Of a stretch of 64,000 nucleotides of DNA, positions 45,601 through 55,884 are shown piece after piece. The notes beneath the pieces were generated by a model that saw only the letters and a list, made by a program, of their open reading frames with translations, ran no database searches and was not told the origin of the DNA. Position 1 is the stretch's first letter, and every line of letters starts with the position of its first letter. This stretch comes from Cytophagales bacterium (GTDB lineage: Bacteria > Bacteroidota > Bacteroidia > Cytophagales > Cytophagaceae), in assembly GCA_004294225.1 (NCBI GenBank), contig REBA01000029.1:2648-66647 (forward strand), read 5' to 3'. The position numbers and the translations under genes are program-made.

Positions 45601-46527
45601 ATGAAAAAGACATCTATACTTTTATATACCTTGTTTTTAATTGTTAATTCAATGGTATTTGCCCAAGATACATTAAGAAATCTTTCCAATTCTACACCTA
45701 GAACAATTGATAAATATGCTTCTGGCTGGGGCTATTTTACTGGTCATAACAGTCGTTATACAGAAGAATTCGCAGAAAAATATTATATAAACGGAACCAG
45801 ATCTCTTCTTGGAGTTATAAGTGAGCATACAGGTAAAGTTGGTAATCCTAAAAATATTAGTCAGTTTAAAGCATACACTGTAGGTACTAACCGTTTGCCG
45901 GCTAGGTTAAAAGCAAGTAAGAATATTCGTTATGGCGATATAGACTTATCTGGCACACCAATGCTTACAATATTTCCGACCCCAGCATCTGTTACAGATT
46001 CTTTTTATGTTTCATTCAATCTAACAGATTATGCCCATGGTGGATTTGATGGAGATACCATTGGTTTACTTTATGGTGTAAACGGCTCAAGACCTAATGG
46101 TGATCTGCCATTATTTGGAAGAAATATTGTTAGACATCATAGTCATGGTGCTCCATTATGGAAAGATTTTTATTCGCAAAATTTCACTCCTGTTGCTACC
46201 CATTTAGCTATTTTTCCAATATTGAGTGCTGAAATTACAGAGATAAATGAGTTAGCAACTAGTGAGTTTCAAATAACAAAAGTATTTCCTAACCCTTTTA
46301 TTGAAAGTGTTACATTGAGCGTACTTGCTAAAGAGGTAAATTCTTTAAGTGTTTTTTTCTATAATGAAGCTGGACAAATAATTAAAAAACAAGAAACCGA
46401 AAATGCAGAGTTCAATGCAAACGGAGAAGTTAAAATAGATTGTAAAGATTTACCCGTTGGGAAATATATTCTACTTATAAAAGGCGAAAATACAGGAATA
46501 GCAACTCAAGTTGTAAAACTTAATTAA
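45601..46527 (+). CDS. Hypothetical T9SS-secreted protein
   Basis: Has a signal peptide 'SMVFAQ'. The CTD reads 'ITKVFPNPFIESVTLSV...LPVGKYILLIKGENTGIATQVVKL'. Confidence 0.6.
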   Translation: MKKTSILLYTLFLIVNSMVFAQDTLRNLSNSTPRTIDKYASGWGYFTGHNSRYTEEFAEKYYINGTRSLLGVISEHTGKVGNPKNISQFKAYTVGTNRLPARLKASKNIRYGDIDLSGTPMLTIFPTPASVTDSFYVSFNLTDYAHGGFDGDTIGLLYGVNGSRPNGDLPLFGRNIVRHHSHGAPLWKDFYSQNFTPVATHLAIFPILSAEITEINELATSEFQITKVFPNPFIESVTLSVLAKEVNSLSVFFYNEAGQIIKKQETENAEFNANGEVKIDCKDLPVGKYILLIKGENTGIATQVVKLN

Positions 46528-46664
46528 ATATAGTTTATAGCACAAGTGCTAATATAATTTTGATTTGTTTTTTGAAAAGAAATTGCTCAAATATCTTTTT
46601 TAAAAAAAGGAAAATTTGATTAGAAAAAAACATAATATAATTGTTTCATAAAATCAGTACATTC

Positions 46665-46713
46665 AAATGAAAACGATATCATATTATTAGGTAATATTAT
46701 ATCGTTTTCATTT
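46665..46713. terminator. Long hairpin spanning the stop codon of the 46697-47221 gene, between convergent genes
   Basis: AAATGAAAACGATAT (46665-46679) pairs with ATATCGTTTTCATTT (46699-46713). An inner ATATTA/TAATAT pairing and a 5-nt loop give about 21 bp in total. Confidence 0.45.
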
Positions 46714-47221
46714 GTCGAAATAGATTTTCTTTATTATTTGACTTCAAAAAATAAGAAACAATCAGGGTAATTATAATTCCAAGAAATAGTGAGCCTAATG
46801 AACTCTGTAGGATGTAGTTTTTCAGGTTAAAATGTGCTTCTGCTTCTGAAATAGTCATTTTATTAATTTTTACTGCATAATCAATTACATTCTCAAAATA
46901 GTCTGGTGTAATCAATGAGGCAATTAAGTACTGAGTAAGTGGAGCTAGTAATGAAACAAATAAAGTGATAATAAAACCTGTAGCTAAACCTTGTTTGTAG
47001 GTCATCGTATTAGTGTAGAATTTTGCTTTTTTCTCTTTGATACCAAGTACATAGATAAGCACAGCAGGAATAAGGATGAAATTTGTAAAAATAGCGTGTT
47101 GGTGAATAAGTTCATCGTGAAGCCCAGTTATTTTTTCTAACCACATCCAAGCTAATGTAGCCATTGAAAATAAAATGGCCCACTTGATTTCAATATAAAA
47201 TTTATTCATTGGAAAATACAA
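46697..47221 (-). CDS. Small 4-TM membrane protein (DUF4199-like)
   Basis: Has four hydrophobic segments, and 'IEIKWAILFSMATLAWMWLEKITG' resembles DUF4199 proteins. This is a low-certainty family call. Confidence 0.4.
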   Translation of the reverse strand: MYFPMNKFYIEIKWAILFSMATLAWMWLEKITGLHDELIHQHAIFTNFILIPAVLIYVLGIKEKKAKFYTNTMTYKQGLATGFIITLFVSLLAPLTQYLIASLITPDYFENVIDYAVKINKMTISEAEAHFNLKNYILQSSLGSLFLGIIITLIVSYFLKSNNKENLFRQMKTI

Positions 47222-47251
47222 TTAAGTGCAAATATGAGTAAGTGTTAGTGT

Positions 47252-47650
47252 TTATAAGTTATACTTTATTTTTATTTTTTGAATAGAATTTGTGATTATT
47301 ATTTTTAATAATTCAATATTAATGTCTTCTAATTGTTTTACATACAAACAACTTTTGCCAGTCTTAAATTTGCCTAAGGCTTTCAATATTTCTGGGTAAT
47401 CTTCAAATCCGTCGGTGATATATATGGTCAGGTTTTGTTTTCTAGAAGAAAAACCAGCAAAGAACCAATCGCCAGTTCTTCCGCTTTCATATTCATAGCG
47501 GTATTTTCCAAAGCCTACTATGGAGTTTTTTGCCCACATTTCGGCATCGAAACCAGTGGTTGATTTTAAAATTTTGATAAGTTGAATGCAGTCTTTCTTC
47601 CTGTTTTCGTCAGAAAGTTGATCCAAATATTCTTTTACTTCTTTAGTCAT
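47252..47650 (-). CDS. DUF1801 (YdhG-like) protein
   Basis: Contains 'VKEYLDQLSDENRKKDCIQLIKIL...IVGFGKYRYEYESGRTGDWFFAGFSSRKQNLTIYI'. Confidence 0.6.
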   Translation of the reverse strand: MTKEVKEYLDQLSDENRKKDCIQLIKILKSTTGFDAEMWAKNSIVGFGKYRYEYESGRTGDWFFAGFSSRKQNLTIYITDGFEDYPEILKALGKFKTGKSCLYVKQLEDINIELLKIIITNSIQKIKIKYNL

Positions 47651-47777
47651 TTTGTGTTGGTAGCAGATTTTACAGGGAAAGATATCAAAAAAATCAATTG
47701 CTAAGAATTTTTACTTAGCTCTTTTTTGATATTGCAAATAGGATGGTTTAATTGCTTTCAACTTATCTCAAATTACA

Positions 47778-47993
47778 ATGATTAAAAAAGGAATCTATAG
47801 ACATTACAAAGGCAATGATTATTTGGTTTTGCATACTGCAAGGCATAGTGAGACCGAAGAGTATCATGTGGTCTATGCTCCAGTAAAGAATCTAGAAGAT
47901 ATTTGGATTCGTCCTTTGAAAATGTTTACTGAGTTGGTAGAAAAAGAAAATCTAAAAATTCCTAGGTTTGTTTGGATTGCTGCTAGTCTCTAA
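47778..47993 (+). CDS. DUF1653 protein
   Basis: Contains 'GIYRHYKGNDYLVLHTARHSETEEYHVVYAP'. Confidence 0.7.
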   Translation: MIKKGIYRHYKGNDYLVLHTARHSETEEYHVVYAPVKNLEDIWIRPLKMFTELVEKENLKIPRFVWIAASL

Positions 47994-48019
47994 TGATATT
48001 TATCTATTAATAATAGAAG

Positions 48020-48892
48020 ATGACGCATAATATTTTACCTTCAGTAACACTTTTAATAGATTGCCCCGATCAAAAGGGTTTAGTTTACCAAATTACCTCG
48101 TTTATTTTTCACCATCAAGGAAATATACTCAGTATAGATCAGTACGTGGACGAAGCTACACAATGGTTTTTTATGAGAGTAAAGTGGGATTTGCAACATT
48201 CAGATATTCCACCTGCTCATATTGCAGAAGTATTTGACAAAGAAATAGCACAGCAATATCAGATACGGTTTAAGATTTTTTTCTCTGAATACAAGCCTAA
48301 GATGGCCATATTTGTATCTAAAGCAGCTCATTGCCTATATGATTTATTGAGCAAAGTGTATTCAAAGGATTTCTGGGTTGATGTACCTTGCATCATAAGC
48401 AACCATGAAGATTTGAGAACAATTGCCGATGATTTCGGTATTGCATTTCATCATCTTCCAATAGATGCTTCAAATAAAAATGCTCAAGAAGAAATTACCT
48501 TAAACCTTATGAAACAATATGAGGTTGATTTTATAGTACTCGCCAGATATATGCAGGTACTTTCAGATAGCTTTGTAAGTCATTTTCCTAATAATGTTAT
48601 TAATATTCATCATTCATTTTTACCAGCTTTTGCTGGTGCAAAGCCATACCATGCTGCATTTGAAAGAGGTGTAAAGATTATAGGTGCTACAGGGCATTAT
48701 GTTACAGCAGATTTAGACGAAGGACCCATTATTGAACAAGATGTAATCAGGATAGAGCAAGGGGATTCTATTAAAGATTTTATCAGAAAGGGACAAGATA
48801 TGGAGAAGGCTGTACTTTCTAGGTCTGTTTATCTTCACTTACAACATCAGACTTTGGTAAGGAACAATAAGACTGTAGTATTTAAGGCTTAG
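48020..48892 (+). CDS. purU: Formyltetrahydrofolate deformylase
   Basis: Has an N-terminal ACT domain ('CPDQKGLVYQITSFI') and a formyltransferase core ('IISNHEDL', 'VLARYMQVLS', 'INIHHSFLPAFAGAKPY'). Confidence 0.85.
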   Translation: MTHNILPSVTLLIDCPDQKGLVYQITSFIFHHQGNILSIDQYVDEATQWFFMRVKWDLQHSDIPPAHIAEVFDKEIAQQYQIRFKIFFSEYKPKMAIFVSKAAHCLYDLLSKVYSKDFWVDVPCIISNHEDLRTIADDFGIAFHHLPIDASNKNAQEEITLNLMKQYEVDFIVLARYMQVLSDSFVSHFPNNVINIHHSFLPAFAGAKPYHAAFERGVKIIGATGHYVTADLDEGPIIEQDVIRIEQGDSIKDFIRKGQDMEKAVLSRSVYLHLQHQTLVRNNKTVVFKA

Positions 48893-49392
48893 TTTTTCTG
48901 TTTCTTTCTTCTGTAAAACTGCCAATAGATTCCTATCATCATTCCAATAACGCTACCTAGATAAGTATAGTTATGTATATTTTGAATGATTAAAAATTGA
49001 GGATTTGTAAAGTTATTGCTTGTTGTACTACTTAGGGAATTTCCGAAAAGAAAGTTAAATACTAAGCCAAAGGCAGTAAAAACAGAAGTTGTAATCATTA
49101 CAATTATAAATGATTCAAAAGTGAATTTTATAATCTTTGGGTTATTTGCATGAATAAGACCTGTAAAACTAAGAACAAGGCTGATGATGAAACCTATTTT
49201 CCAACTACTGAAAAACGCAACTAAGCCAGCCCCTAGACGTCCTTCCGAACTATTAATGCCAAGTTGAGGGAAGCGAACTTGATTATAAAACTCAGGGGAT
49301 AGGGTATAGGTAATCTGATCGTGAACAACACCAAATAATACAGAGATTGCTGTCCCTATACCTACCAATAATAAAAGAGTAAGGATTCGCAT
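48889..49392 (-). CDS. Hypothetical membrane protein
   Basis: A 167-aa protein with about 4 TM segments and no recognisable motif. Confidence 0.4.
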   Translation of the reverse strand: MRILTLLLLVGIGTAISVLFGVVHDQITYTLSPEFYNQVRFPQLGINSSEGRLGAGLVAFFSSWKIGFIISLVLSFTGLIHANNPKIIKFTFESFIIVMITTSVFTAFGLVFNFLFGNSLSSTTSNNFTNPQFLIIQNIHNYTYLGSVIGMMIGIYWQFYRRKKQKN

Positions 49393-49397
49393 ATTTA

Positions 49398-50666
49398 CTA
49401 TTCAATATAATCTAATTCTTTGCCAAATGTTTCTTTTGTAAAATATAATGCAATCAAAGTTATTAAAAATACCAATACCCCTAATAAATAAGTTCCTGTA
49501 ATCAAACCGAGTTGTTGTGTAAATGATTTAAATAAGTAGACTAATGGAACCAATGCACCACGAACAAAATTTGGAATAGTGGTGGTAGTGGTAGCTCTTA
49601 TATTCGTGCCGAATTGCTCTGCTGCATTGGTTACAAACATTGCCCAGAAACCTACTGAAAACCCCAATAGGGTGATAAGACTATAAAACATGGTTGTATT
49701 CACGTTATTGGCATTCAAATATGCAGAAATGGCAATCATGCAAAGAATATAAAACAGAAAAAATGATTTTTTACGACTTTTGAATACTTGACTTAAAGCA
49801 CCGCTTACAATATCTCCAAACACCAAACCAGTATAACAAAGCATTACACAGGTGGCGTCCGCAATACTTCCATTGACATTCAATTTCTTTGCAAACACAG
49901 GAGCTAAGCCCACTAGAATTCCAATTACAAACCATACCGGAAGCCCAAGCATTATGGCTTGAATGTATCGTGTTGCTCTTTCTTTTGTAGCAAATAAATA
50001 AAAGAAATTTCCTTTTGATACCCCAGCTTCTACCTTGTTAAACATCTTAGATTCAAAAATACCGACTCTTAATAAAAGTAATGATAGACCGAGTCCGCCG
50101 CCAATGAAATAAGCCATTTGCCAACCTGATTTAGCAACCAATGCAGCCACTACGGCACCTGTAACTCCTATTGATGCTACTACCATAGTTCCATAGCCAC
50201 GTTTTTCTTTGTGCATTAGTTCAGATACAAGCGTAATACCAGCACCTAATTCTCCTGCTAAGCCAATGCCAGCGATAAGTCTAAGCAAAGCATACATTTC
50301 AATACTATTCACAAAACCATTAGCAATATTGGCCAAAGAATACATAAGAATAGAGCCAAATAATACAGATAAGCGGCCTTTCTTGTCTCCCAAAATTCCC
50401 CAGAAGATACCACCGATCAACATTCCTATCATTTGAACATTCAGTAGAAACTGAAACTCGCTTATAATTAATGATGGTGCTATACCTATGTCAGCCAAAC
50501 TTTCTTTTCCTACAATTAGAAATAATACGAGGTCATATACATCTACAAAGTAACCTAAAGCTGCCACTATGACTGTGGTATTCAATATGTCTTTCCATTG
50601 AAAAGAAGAATTTGGCGAGATTTGCATTGGTTTGTTAAGGGAGATTAAAATTTTAATGGTTTGCAA
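49398..50666 (-). CDS. MFS transporter
   Basis: Has 12 TM-like segments and the MFS motif 'GDKKGRLSVL'. The track start is TTG; ATG at 50627 is more likely. Confidence 0.8.
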   Translation of the reverse strand: MQTIKILISLNKPMQISPNSSFQWKDILNTTVIVAALGYFVDVYDLVLFLIVGKESLADIGIAPSLIISEFQFLLNVQMIGMLIGGIFWGILGDKKGRLSVLFGSILMYSLANIANGFVNSIEMYALLRLIAGIGLAGELGAGITLVSELMHKEKRGYGTMVVASIGVTGAVVAALVAKSGWQMAYFIGGGLGLSLLLLRVGIFESKMFNKVEAGVSKGNFFYLFATKERATRYIQAIMLGLPVWFVIGILVGLAPVFAKKLNVNGSIADATCVMLCYTGLVFGDIVSGALSQVFKSRKKSFFLFYILCMIAISAYLNANNVNTTMFYSLITLLGFSVGFWAMFVTNAAEQFGTNIRATTTTTIPNFVRGALVPLVYLFKSFTQQLGLITGTYLLGVLVFLITLIALYFTKETFGKELDYIE

Positions 50667-50751
50667 AATAGGAAAAAAAAATAACCCTAAAAAGCTTCCT
50701 TATCTAATCTAATTCCTAATTTTGAAACTATTGAATAAATCATTTTAAAAT

Positions 50752-51984
50752 TTGATTGTATTATACAACTTTGCAATTGCAGCATATACATTGCTGATGA
50801 AGGTTTTTGCTACCTTTCATCCCAAAGCAAAACTTTGGGTAGAAGGAAGAAATGGTCTACTGAATCAATTAAATCAATATTTTCAAAACAATAATTCCCC
50901 TGTTGCTTGGTTCCATTGTGCATCTTTGGGAGAATTTGAACAAGCTAGACCAGTAATAGAATCTTTCAAAACAGAGTTTACTGAGTATAAAATTTTGCTT
51001 ACTTTTTTTTCTCCTTCAGGTTTTGAGATTCGCAAAAACTACCCACTAGCAGACTTTGTCTGCTATCTTCCTATAGACACTGCCAGTAATGCAAAAAGAT
51101 TTATTTCAATCACTAATCCTAAAGTAGTTTTTTTCACTAAGTATGAATTTTGGTATCATTATTTGACCCAGTTGAAATTGAGCCAGCGTATTGTGATTTC
51201 GATTTCAAGCATATTTAGGCCTAATCAAGTTTTTTTTAAGTGGTATGGTGGATTTTATTTGAGTTTTTTAAAATGTTTTGATAAAATATTTGTTCAAAAT
51301 CAAGCTTCAATTTCATTACTTTATCAACATGGGCTACATAGTGCAGTTTATGCTGGAGATACAAGGTTTGATAGAGTTATGGCATTAAGCAATTCTCCTA
51401 TAGGTTATGAAAAAATAAAAAAATTCAAGTCAAATCAACAACTATTCATAGGAGGAAGTCTTTGGAAAGAAGATGTAGCTGTTATTCTTCCGATGCTGTG
51501 TCAGCTAAAAGGCTTGAAAATTATTATTGCCCCACACGAAATCGAAGAATCGTTCATGAAATCTATAGAAGCAAATCCATACCTCAAGGTAATTAGGTAT
51601 TCTAAATTAACAGATAATAGTGCAGAAGATTTCGATTTGTTAATTATAGACAATATTGGGATGCTTTCTAATTTATATCAATATGCTGATTATGCTTTTA
51701 TCGGTGGCGGCTATGGAAAAGGAATTCATAACACGTTGGAAGCTGCTTCATATGGAATGCCCATCTTTTTTGGACTCAACTACACTAAATTTCAAGAAGC
51801 AAAAGATATGATAGCTATTGGCTGTGCTGCTGCGGTAAGCTCAAGTAATGATTTTCAAAATAAATTTTCAAAGTTGTATGGTTCTGATAAAACTAGAGCA
51901 TTAGGAATGCTTTCCAAGCAATATGTGGCAGAGAATACTGGTGCTACAGAGAAAATAATTTCTTACTGTAAATCTGTTTTATGA
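50752..51984 (+). CDS. waaA: 3-deoxy-D-manno-octulosonic acid (Kdo) transferase
   Basis: Contains 'VAWFHCASLGEFEQARPVIE' and C-terminal 'GGSL...APHE' and 'GGGYGKGIHNTLEAA'. The start codon is TTG. Confidence 0.8.
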   Translation: MIVLYNFAIAAYTLLMKVFATFHPKAKLWVEGRNGLLNQLNQYFQNNNSPVAWFHCASLGEFEQARPVIESFKTEFTEYKILLTFFSPSGFEIRKNYPLADFVCYLPIDTASNAKRFISITNPKVVFFTKYEFWYHYLTQLKLSQRIVISISSIFRPNQVFFKWYGGFYLSFLKCFDKIFVQNQASISLLYQHGLHSAVYAGDTRFDRVMALSNSPIGYEKIKKFKSNQQLFIGGSLWKEDVAVILPMLCQLKGLKIIIAPHEIEESFMKSIEANPYLKVIRYSKLTDNSAEDFDLLIIDNIGMLSNLYQYADYAFIGGGYGKGIHNTLEAASYGMPIFFGLNYTKFQEAKDMIAIGCAAAVSSSNDFQNKFSKLYGSDKTRALGMLSKQYVAENTGATEKIISYCKSVL

Positions 51985-52907
51985 TAGAAGGTATTGTTGT
52001 GAAATCTACAGGTTCTTGGTACGAAGTTTTGATAGATAGATCTACTAGAATCAAAGCCCGACTTAGAGGTAAATTTAAAATTAAAGATCTAAATGTAACC
52101 AACCCAATAGCAGTGGGCGATAAGGTGCTTTGTCAATTAGAATTGGGAGAAGAAGGTACTTATGTAATTCATGAAATTTTTCCAAGAGAAAACTACATTA
52201 TAAGAAAATCGGTACATAAAGCCAAACAAGGTCATTTAATTGCAGCCAATATTGATCAAATGGCTTTGATAGTTACCCTTTATCAACCAAGAACTTCTTT
52301 AGGGTTCATAGACCGCTTCTTAGTTTCTGCTGAAGCATTCAGAATTCCTGCAATTATAGTATTCAACAAAGTCGATTTATATAATGAAGAAGAGCTAGAG
52401 ACATTGAATAAATTATCTATTTTATACACTTCTCTAGGTTATCAATGCGTGGTAACTTCTGTCGTTCAGGATATTGGTATAACAGAGTTGAAACTAAAGA
52501 TAGCAGATAAAATCACTTTGTTTTCGGGGCATTCTGGGGTGGGCAAATCTTCTTTATTAAATTTAATTGATGTAAGACTAGATTTGAGAACCGCTGAGGT
52601 ATCTACATTTGCAGATAAAGGCGTTCATACTACTACTTTTGCAGAAATGTTTACTACCGCTAAAGATACTTATGTGATAGATACACCAGGGATAAAAGAG
52701 CTAGGTATATTTGAAATAGGTCAAGAAGAATTAGCTCATTATTTCCCAGAAATGCTTGCATTAATGGGAGACTGCAAGTTCAACAACTGTAGGCATATCA
52801 ATGAGCCAGGCTGTGCAGTAATAAGTGCATTAAAGCAAGGCTCATTATCACCAACCAGATATCAGAGTTACATTAGTATGCTGAATAATGAAGACAACTA
52901 TAGGTGA
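51981..52907 (+). CDS. rsgA: Ribosome small-subunit-dependent GTPase A
   Basis: Contains 'NIDQMALIV', 'VFNKVDL', 'GHSGVGKSSLLN', 'DTPGIKE' and the Zn motif 'CKFNNCRHINEPGCAV'. Confidence 0.85.
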   Translation: MIEGIVVKSTGSWYEVLIDRSTRIKARLRGKFKIKDLNVTNPIAVGDKVLCQLELGEEGTYVIHEIFPRENYIIRKSVHKAKQGHLIAANIDQMALIVTLYQPRTSLGFIDRFLVSAEAFRIPAIIVFNKVDLYNEEELETLNKLSILYTSLGYQCVVTSVVQDIGITELKLKIADKITLFSGHSGVGKSSLLNLIDVRLDLRTAEVSTFADKGVHTTTFAEMFTTAKDTYVIDTPGIKELGIFEIGQEELAHYFPEMLALMGDCKFNNCRHINEPGCAVISALKQGSLSPTRYQSYISMLNNEDNYR

Positions 52908-52912
52908 TCGAT

Positions 52913-54199
52913 TTAGTTCATCAGGGCTTCTATTTCTTCTACTTCAATCGGAATGTTTTTCATCAAATTTAGATTTCCCTTTTTTTGAATTAATATGTTG
53001 TTTTCAAGTCTTACCCCAATTTTTTCGGACTTGACATAGATGCCGGGTTCACAAGTTAGCACCATTCCAGTCTTAAATTTAGTGTCTCTGGAGCCTACAT
53101 CATGAACATCTAAGCCTAAATAATGAGATATACCATGCATGAAATATTTTTTATATTCAGGCTGCTTAGGGTCTTGTTTCTTGATGTCATAGAGAGAAAT
53201 AAGCTTTAGTTTTACCAATTCTTTTTCCACAATACTTGCTACTTCTTTGATATAGTCTTTGAAGTTATTGCCAACTGTAAGTAATTGCTGTGCTTCAAAA
53301 AGGATGTTTTGTACAGATTGATAAATTTGTTTTTGTCTTTTAGAAAATTTACCGCTAACTGGAACACATCTGGTTAAGTCAGCAGCATAATTCCCGAATT
53401 CTGCACCGAAGTCCATGAGCAATAAATCTCCTTTTCTACACTGATTGTTGTTTTCAGTATAATGGAGCACACAGGCATTTCCCCCTGAAGCGATAATAGA
53501 AGGATAGGCAACAGTTCGAGATCTATTGATAATAAATTCATGAATTATTTCTGCTTCAATTTCAAACTCCCATTTGCCTGGTTGAATAAAAGGAAGTATT
53601 CTTCTGAATGCCTTTTCAGTGATATTGCAAGCATTTTGAATTTGTGCAATTTCCTCCAAAGATTTAATAGTTCTAAATTTACTTGTGATTGGATATAACC
53701 TATAGTAATGATGAAGTGGATACTTTTCTTTACACCAAACCAAAAAACGATCATTTCTTGTTGCTATATCATTTTCATAGCGATTATGTTCATTGGTATA
53801 TAAGTAAATATTTTCAACCTCTGAAAGCATATTTTTTAATACGTTTTCAAATTGATGAGACCAGTATATTTCTTTGATACCAGATAGCTCAAAGGCTTCT
53901 TTTTTGTTAAGTTTATTACCTTCCCAAGTAGCGATGTGCTCGTTAGTTTCTTTGATAAATAAAATTTCTTTGACTTCGTTATCTTTTGAAGAAGAAAGTA
54001 ATAAGAAAGTATCTTCTTGGTCAATGCCTGTGAGATAAAATAAATCACTTTGTTGTTTAAACCCCATTACACCATCAGCATTGGTGGGCATAATATCGTT
54101 AGACAATAGAATAACAATGGAATTTTCTTTTAACTCTTTTTGTAATTTTATCCTATTATTGATGTAGAATGCAGAATCAATATTGGTATATCTCGCCAT
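52913..54199 (-). CDS. Xaa-Pro aminopeptidase (M24B, aminopeptidase P family)
   Basis: Contains 'LLMDFGAEFGNYAADLTR', 'HGISHYLGLDVHD', 'VLTCEPGIY' and 'RLENNILI'. Confidence 0.8.
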   Translation of the reverse strand: MARYTNIDSAFYINNRIKLQKELKENSIVILLSNDIMPTNADGVMGFKQQSDLFYLTGIDQEDTFLLLSSSKDNEVKEILFIKETNEHIATWEGNKLNKKEAFELSGIKEIYWSHQFENVLKNMLSEVENIYLYTNEHNRYENDIATRNDRFLVWCKEKYPLHHYYRLYPITSKFRTIKSLEEIAQIQNACNITEKAFRRILPFIQPGKWEFEIEAEIIHEFIINRSRTVAYPSIIASGGNACVLHYTENNNQCRKGDLLLMDFGAEFGNYAADLTRCVPVSGKFSKRQKQIYQSVQNILFEAQQLLTVGNNFKDYIKEVASIVEKELVKLKLISLYDIKKQDPKQPEYKKYFMHGISHYLGLDVHDVGSRDTKFKTGMVLTCEPGIYVKSEKIGVRLENNILIQKKGNLNLMKNIPIEVEEIEALMN

Positions 54200-54282
54200 A
54201 AAAATTAAATTATAGACTTAAACTTTTGTATAATAAAACTAATAAATGTGAATAAAACACAAACTATTTATAATGAAAATCA

Positions 54283-55875
54283 ATGAATATATGGTTAAAT
54301 TTAATATTACATTATTTAAATAAATATAATTATATGTTTAGAATAGCATTTTTATTAAACATTAGTGTATTATTAGCACATCTGTCTAACGCTCAAACCA
54401 AGTATTGGATAACGTTTAAAGACAAAGATACTTCAGGCTATGAGCTGAGTCAATCTATCAGTCAAGAAACCATTCAAAAAAGAAAACTTCTAGAGATTCC
54501 TTTATATCAGGTTTCAGACGTTCCCTTGAACCACAAATACCTTAGAGAAATATCTTCTATAGGCATTAATATACTTCATAAGTCTAAGTGGTTAAATTCA
54601 GTATCAGCCTACTTAAACTCAGAACAATTAGCTCAATTGAAAGATAAATTTTTTGTTCAAGAAATAGTTCCTATTAATTCAAAAGTTAGAATTACCAGCT
54701 GTAACGAAGAGGTAAACCCTACCAGTGTTCACACTGCTTTGGCACAAATGCAATCTCATTTTTTTTCCGATCAAAATCTTACAGGAAAAGGAATTAATAT
54801 AGGAGTAATTGATGCTGGCTTTTTTAGAGCACACCTAGAGAAAAACTTAGAACATCTATTTAAAGAATTTAGAATCCTAGCTCAGAGAGATTTTCAAAAT
54901 CCAGAACGCAAAGACATCATCACCAAGTCCGAAACCAATGGTGATGGACACGGTAAATCTGTATTAGAAAAAATTTGTGGATATGATGCAGATTTAAGAG
55001 TGCAATATGGCATGGCAGTAAATGCCAATTTCTACATTGCAAGAACAGAAAATGGAAACAAAGAGAATAGGGGAGAAGAAGACAAATGGATTGAAGCAGT
55101 TGAATGGATGGACAGCTTAGGAGTGAGGTTAATAAGTACTTCACTTGGCTATTCTACCAAAATGGATGACCCCCTAGACAATTACAAACTAGAAGAAATG
55201 AATGGTAGTACAACTAAAATTTCAAAAGCAGCTCAATTAGCCGTTGATAATAAAGGCATATTTTTGGTGGTCTCGGCAGGTAATGAAGGAGCATCTGCTT
55301 GGAAAATCATTTCTTCACCAGCAGATACCAGAGGTGCCTTATCCGTTGGTGCAACAAGAGAATACACTCTTGATAGAATAGGATATAGCAGCATAGGGCC
55401 AGAATTCTTGCCTTATTTAAAACCAGAAGTGTCTTGTTTTTCTCCTAATGGAACTTCATTTTCAGCACCAGCGGTTACCGGTTTTGTAGCATGTTTGATG
55501 CAGAAAAAACCAAGCATTAAAAACACTGATTTAAAAAAAGTGATTGAGCAAAGTGCCCATTTGTATCCATATGGAAATAACTTTATAGGATATGGCGTAC
55601 CTCAAGCTGACCGTGCTTTGGTGCTTTTAGAAAATCCTACTCAAACATTTAAGAATACCATCATCAAAAAGGTTAGAGGCAAAAAAATAAAATTCAAACT
55701 ACCTGAAAATACTCCTAATCATGGAATCATATTTCATAAGAAAAACGAAACCATAGTAGTAAAACAACAAGAAGTAAATATCATCAAAAGAAAACTTAAG
55801 CTTAGACGGCAGACAAATGTTACCCACACTACTTTATCGGTAGGGTCAATTGTTGTAGAATTTATTTGGAAGTAG
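54283..55875 (+). CDS. S8-family (subtilisin-like) serine peptidase
   Basis: The catalytic triad context is 'IGVIDAGF' (D), 'GDGHGKSV' (H) and 'NGTSFSAPAVTG' (S). The likely start is ATG at 54334. Confidence 0.8.
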   Translation: MNIWLNLILHYLNKYNYMFRIAFLLNISVLLAHLSNAQTKYWITFKDKDTSGYELSQSISQETIQKRKLLEIPLYQVSDVPLNHKYLREISSIGINILHKSKWLNSVSAYLNSEQLAQLKDKFFVQEIVPINSKVRITSCNEEVNPTSVHTALAQMQSHFFSDQNLTGKGINIGVIDAGFFRAHLEKNLEHLFKEFRILAQRDFQNPERKDIITKSETNGDGHGKSVLEKICGYDADLRVQYGMAVNANFYIARTENGNKENRGEEDKWIEAVEWMDSLGVRLISTSLGYSTKMDDPLDNYKLEEMNGSTTKISKAAQLAVDNKGIFLVVSAGNEGASAWKIISSPADTRGALSVGATREYTLDRIGYSSIGPEFLPYLKPEVSCFSPNGTSFSAPAVTGFVACLMQKKPSIKNTDLKKVIEQSAHLYPYGNNFIGYGVPQADRALVLLENPTQTFKNTIIKKVRGKKIKFKLPENTPNHGIIFHKKNETIVVKQQEVNIIKRKLKLRRQTNVTHTTLSVGSIVVEFIWK

Positions 55876-55884
55876 CAATATCAT

